In this document: positions 30,356-33,110 of the stretch, one piece after another
Layout of the letters: every line of letters starts with the position of its first letter
Position numbering within the stretch: the stretch's first letter is position 1
Source of the DNA: Halothece sp. MAG
Lineage (GTDB): Bacteria; Cyanobacteriota; Cyanobacteriia; Cyanobacteriales; Rubidibacteraceae
Assembly (NCBI GenBank): GCA_018610095.1
Contig: JAHEOB010000104.1
Span: 1 to 33,110 of the forward strand
Direction: 5' to 3'
DNA length: 33,110 nucleotides
Position numbers and translations under genes: made by a program
The notes under the pieces: model-generated
What the model saw: the letters and a program-made list of their open reading frames with translations, nothing else
Told to the model about the DNA's origin: nothing
Database searches by the model: none

Positions 30356-30997
30356 TTAAGATTGATTCGATACTTTTTGTCCAATTTTAGGTTCAGTTCC
30401 GGCTAAAATACGTTCAATATTACTACGATGTCGCCAAATAACATAGGCTGCTGCCAAAACAGCAAAGATTATATAGGGTAGGGGTTTATCGAGTATAATC
30501 ATTAAAAGATTAATCCCGATCGCGCTGGTAATTGAACCCAGAGAAACCATTCGAGAAATCGCAAGGGTAATGGCAAAAATCCCTACCGCTGCTAAGGCAA
30601 TCATCGGTGTCATTACTAATAATGTTCCTAAACTGGTAGCAACGGATTTGCCACCACTAAAGCCTAGCCATACTGATTTACTATGACCAAAAATGGCAGC
30701 TAGGGCGGTAAGAATAATTAACCAAGCCCTCCATTGTTCTGAGGGAAGGGGTAGAATTTCTAATTTAACCAATCCTAGCGCGATCGCGCCTTTGACAAGA
30801 TCAATTAACAGAACAATAGCTGCTACTGTTGACCCTAGCACACGCAACACATTCGTTGCGCCAGTTGAACCTGATCCATAGTCACGAATATCGATCTTTT
30901 TTAAGCCATAACCTGCTAAAAAACCGGTCGGGATTGATCCTAATAAATAAGCAATTAAAATAAACGCAATACTAATTCCAATTTCTTGAACCATCAT
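30356..30997 (-). CDS. plsY: Acyl-phosphate:glycerol-3-phosphate acyltransferase
   Basis: YLLGSIP, DIRDYGSGSTGATNVLR, FSGGKSVAT, RHRSNIERILAGTE. Confidence 0.97.
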   Translation of the reverse strand: MMVQEIGISIAFILIAYLLGSIPTGFLAGYGLKKIDIRDYGSGSTGATNVLRVLGSTVAAIVLLIDLVKGAIALGLVKLEILPLPSEQWRAWLIILTALAAIFGHSKSVWLGFSGGKSVATSLGTLLVMTPMIALAAVGIFAITLAISRMVSLGSITSAIGINLLMIILDKPLPYIIFAVLAAAYVIWRHRSNIERILAGTEPKIGQKVSNQS

Positions 30998-31030
30998 CTA
31001 AACCCCCAAATTCACACTTTTGAATCAGCA

Positions 31031-31603
31031 TCAATTATCGTTAACCATCGTTGTTGTTTTTTGATTCCAACGATTAGCAATTAACGGATTGATGACATAA
31101 ATGACACCAGAAATTACCGTTAAAATAACAGCTAACCAAAATAAAACTTGAGCCAACAATCCCCAATTATCATTATTAATCGGGGCAATTAATGCTGAAA
31201 TCGCAAGAATTTGTAACACCGTTTTGGCTTTACCTAAAAAGTTTGCCCCTGGCACCGCTTTCCCTGCTAAATCAGGATTGACTCGCCATCCCGCGATCGC
31301 GAGTTCTCGTCCGAAAATGAGAAAAACCCCCCAAGCAGGAATCGTCTGCCACTGGATTAATACCAAAAGTGGGGCAACAATCAACAACTTATCCACTAAG
31401 GGATCTAAAAATTTTCCTAATGCGGTTACTTGATTCAATTTTCGGGCAAGATAACCATCTAGCCAATCTGTTGCCGCAACCACTAAAAAAATGGTTAGGG
31501 CGATTCCATGTGATACCGCACTCGGTTGGGCAAGAAAATAAAAAATAAAAGGAATGCCCAATAATCGAGATAAGGTTATTTGCGTCGGCAGATTGATACT
31601 CAT
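31031..31603 (-). CDS. pgsA: CDP-diacylglycerol--glycerol-3-phosphate 3-phosphatidyltransferase
   Basis: CDP-alcohol motif TDWLDGYLARK...GKFLDPLVDK; GKAKTVLQ. Confidence 0.93.
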   Translation of the reverse strand: MSINLPTQITLSRLLGIPFIFYFLAQPSAVSHGIALTIFLVVAATDWLDGYLARKLNQVTALGKFLDPLVDKLLIVAPLLVLIQWQTIPAWGVFLIFGRELAIAGWRVNPDLAGKAVPGANFLGKAKTVLQILAISALIAPINNDNWGLLAQVLFWLAVILTVISGVIYVINPLIANRWNQKTTTMVNDN

Positions 31604-31606
31604 CAG

Positions 31607-31644
31607 AAAAAAGGGGCGAACCCGACTAAATTTGGTTCACCCTT
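31607..31644 (-). terminator. Intrinsic terminator after the PfpI gene
   Basis: Minus strand AAGGGTGAACC-aaatttagtcg-GGTTCGCCCC-TTTTTT. Confidence 0.7.
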
Positions 31645-31671
31645 ACTGAGTTTACTAGTTATCGGGATTTT

Positions 31672-32211
31672 TTAAACAGCGGTAGCAGCAGCAGGTTGAT
31701 TAATGGTTTCATATTGAGTGAGTGTCGCCTTAATCCAAGCAGCATTATCGCGATAATGGGTTGCAGTGACTAAGTTGCCATCAACCACTACTGCATCATC
31801 TTTAAAGTTTGCCCCGGCATTTACTAAATCATCTTTGCAGCCAGGGTAAGCAGTGACATCACGCCCAGCGACAACATTGGCAGAAATTAGTACCCAAGGG
31901 CCATGGCAAGTGCTAGCAATGACTTTTCCTTTTTGATTAAAATCATTTAGAAATTGTAAAACATTGGGAATTTGGCGAACGCGATCGGGGGATTCTCTGC
32001 CACCGGGAACAATGGCTAAATCGTAATCGGCTTCCTTAATGGCTTGGGCATCGACCGTGGCATTCGCAGCAACCCCATGTTTGCCTTTGGTATCAACTTG
32101 GCCTTTGGTTGCCACATCAACGGTAAAATCAGCTTCTTGGAGACGATAGAAAGGATAGGCAAATTCGGTATCCTCAAACCCGTTATCCACAATAATAACC
32201 GCCCGTTTCAT
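31672..32211 (-). CDS. DJ-1/PfpI family protein (glyoxalase III or intracellular protease-like)
   Basis: GFEDTE, VPGG, nucleophile elbow STCHGPW, VVVDGNLVT. Confidence 0.92.
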   Translation of the reverse strand: MKRAVIIVDNGFEDTEFAYPFYRLQEADFTVDVATKGQVDTKGKHGVAANATVDAQAIKEADYDLAIVPGGRESPDRVRQIPNVLQFLNDFNQKGKVIASTCHGPWVLISANVVAGRDVTAYPGCKDDLVNAGANFKDDAVVVDGNLVTATHYRDNAAWIKATLTQYETINQPAAATAV

Positions 32212-32293
32212 AACTTCCTCCGCTAAACTCTTGCTTAAAGCCTATTTATGGCACGCTTTAATTAGCATCTACCGCACGTTGGTAATTCCAAAC

Positions 32294-32896
32294 ATGACTA
32301 ACTGCCTGAATCCAGAATTTTGGGAATCTCGTTATCAAGACGGAACAACCCGTTGGGATATTGGACAACCTGCCCCACCATTAGTGAGTTTATTACAATC
32401 ACAGCAAGCCCCACCACCAGGAAAAACCCTTGTGATTGGATGTGGTCGTGGTTATGATGCTATCTTATTTGCACAAGCAGGACATGATGTGATTGGCGTG
32501 GATTTTGCCCCTTCTGCTATTGCCGAAGCAACCCAACTAGCCAGACAAGCTAATCTCTCGGTGGTTTTTTACCAAGAGGATCTTTTTAATTTACCGCAAC
32601 AATATTCCCACTATTTCGATTACGTGGTTGAACATACTTGTTTTTGTGCCCTTCCCCCAGAAAAACGATCCGATTATGTTAACTTAGTTCATTCTCTACT
32701 TAAACCCAGCGGAGAACTTCTGGCTGTTTTCTTTACCCATCACTATTCTGGTGGTCCGCCTTACGGCATTCAACCCCCTGAAATTAGGGAATTATTTACG
32801 CCGAAATTTGACATTATTGCGTTAGAACCAGTGACTAATTCTGTTCCGTCACGGCAAGGGGAAGAACATTTTGGGCGGTTGCGCGATCGCGCTTAA
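32294..32896 (+). CDS. TPMT/thiol-halide methyltransferase family SAM-dependent methyltransferase
   Basis: FWESRY...WDIGQPAP, VIGCGRGYD, GVDF, EHTCFCAL, GGPPY. ATG 32294 preferred over the track's TTG 32231. Confidence 0.88.
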   Translation: MTNCLNPEFWESRYQDGTTRWDIGQPAPPLVSLLQSQQAPPPGKTLVIGCGRGYDAILFAQAGHDVIGVDFAPSAIAEATQLARQANLSVVFYQEDLFNLPQQYSHYFDYVVEHTCFCALPPEKRSDYVNLVHSLLKPSGELLAVFFTHHYSGGPPYGIQPPEIRELFTPKFDIIALEPVTNSVPSRQGEEHFGRLRDRA

Positions 32897-32942
32897 GGGG
32901 ATAGTTTGCTCATCTTTACAGCAACGGGAAGAACATTTTGGG
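32854..32942 (+). repeat. 22-bp direct repeat (21/22 identical)
   Basis: GCAAGGGGAAGAACATTTTGGG at 32854-32875 and GCAACGGGAAGAACATTTTGGG at 32921-32942. Confidence 0.9.
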
Positions 32943-33028
32943 ATCGCGTCCAAAGTACGGTGAGTTTTCCTCAATCGCGTTGAAATGCTAATCTATCTGC
33001 AAAAAAATTAGTATAGCAATTGCTGTGA

Positions 33029-33110
33029 ATGTTCATTAAATTCCTGCAACAATATTTTACCCGTCCCGTTAACAATTTTCAGAGCGGTATTGTCAAATTC
33101 TGGTTAGGTC
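33029..33110 (+). CDS. Possible 5' end of a gene running off the window
   Basis: Open frame MFIKFLQQYFTRPVNNFQSGIVKFWLG to the window edge; too short to identify. Confidence 0.3.
   Translation, partial: MFIKFLQQYFTRPVNNFQSGIVKFWLG

Larger units (their letters stand above)
3576..32892. repeat. Dispersed HIP1 palindromes (GCGATCGC), often extended
   Basis: About 30 octamers counted by eye; 10 are the full 12-mer GCGCGATCGCGC. Confidence 0.95.

Noticed and set aside
32854-32942. Mini-CRISPR array (two 22-bp repeats, 45-bp spacer)
   Set aside because: Only two copies, the first lies within a coding sequence, the repeat is not palindromic, and there are no cas genes in the window.
33012-33027. 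TATAGCAATTGCTGTG as a MITE/IS630-like end (compare ACTGCTATA at 5334-5342)
   Set aside because: No matching second terminal repeat or transposase found in the window; too short to call.

Overview
A 33 kb core-chromosome segment of a cyanobacterium. About 30 HIP1 sites (GCGATCGC), chlH and a typical cyanobacterial gene order support this. The acidic proteins suggest a halophilic Halothece/Dactylococcopsis-like lineage, which is inference. The genes are mostly housekeeping: a truncated sugar ABC ATPase, chlH, hemL, folP, hisG, ruvB, hisF, tRNA-Ala(GGC), tig-clpP-clpX, asd-dapA-rnj, pyk, gcvH-gcvP, moaB and pgsA-plsY. No transposase, integrase or CRISPR array is visible. Six observations stand out. 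(1) A DUF4278 protein has a PirA-like C-terminus and sits under a perfect NtcA box in repressor geometry. (2) A CASTOR/POLLUX-type cation channel has an atypical pore and hinge. (3) An unassigned ~170-nt rod-like structured element lies upstream of hemL. (4) HIP1 is systematically extended to GCGCGATCGCGC. (5) A halide/thiol methyltransferase-like gene has its 3' end duplicated downstream. (6) Several intergenic structures are unexplained. All family calls come from motif recognition by eye; no searches were run.
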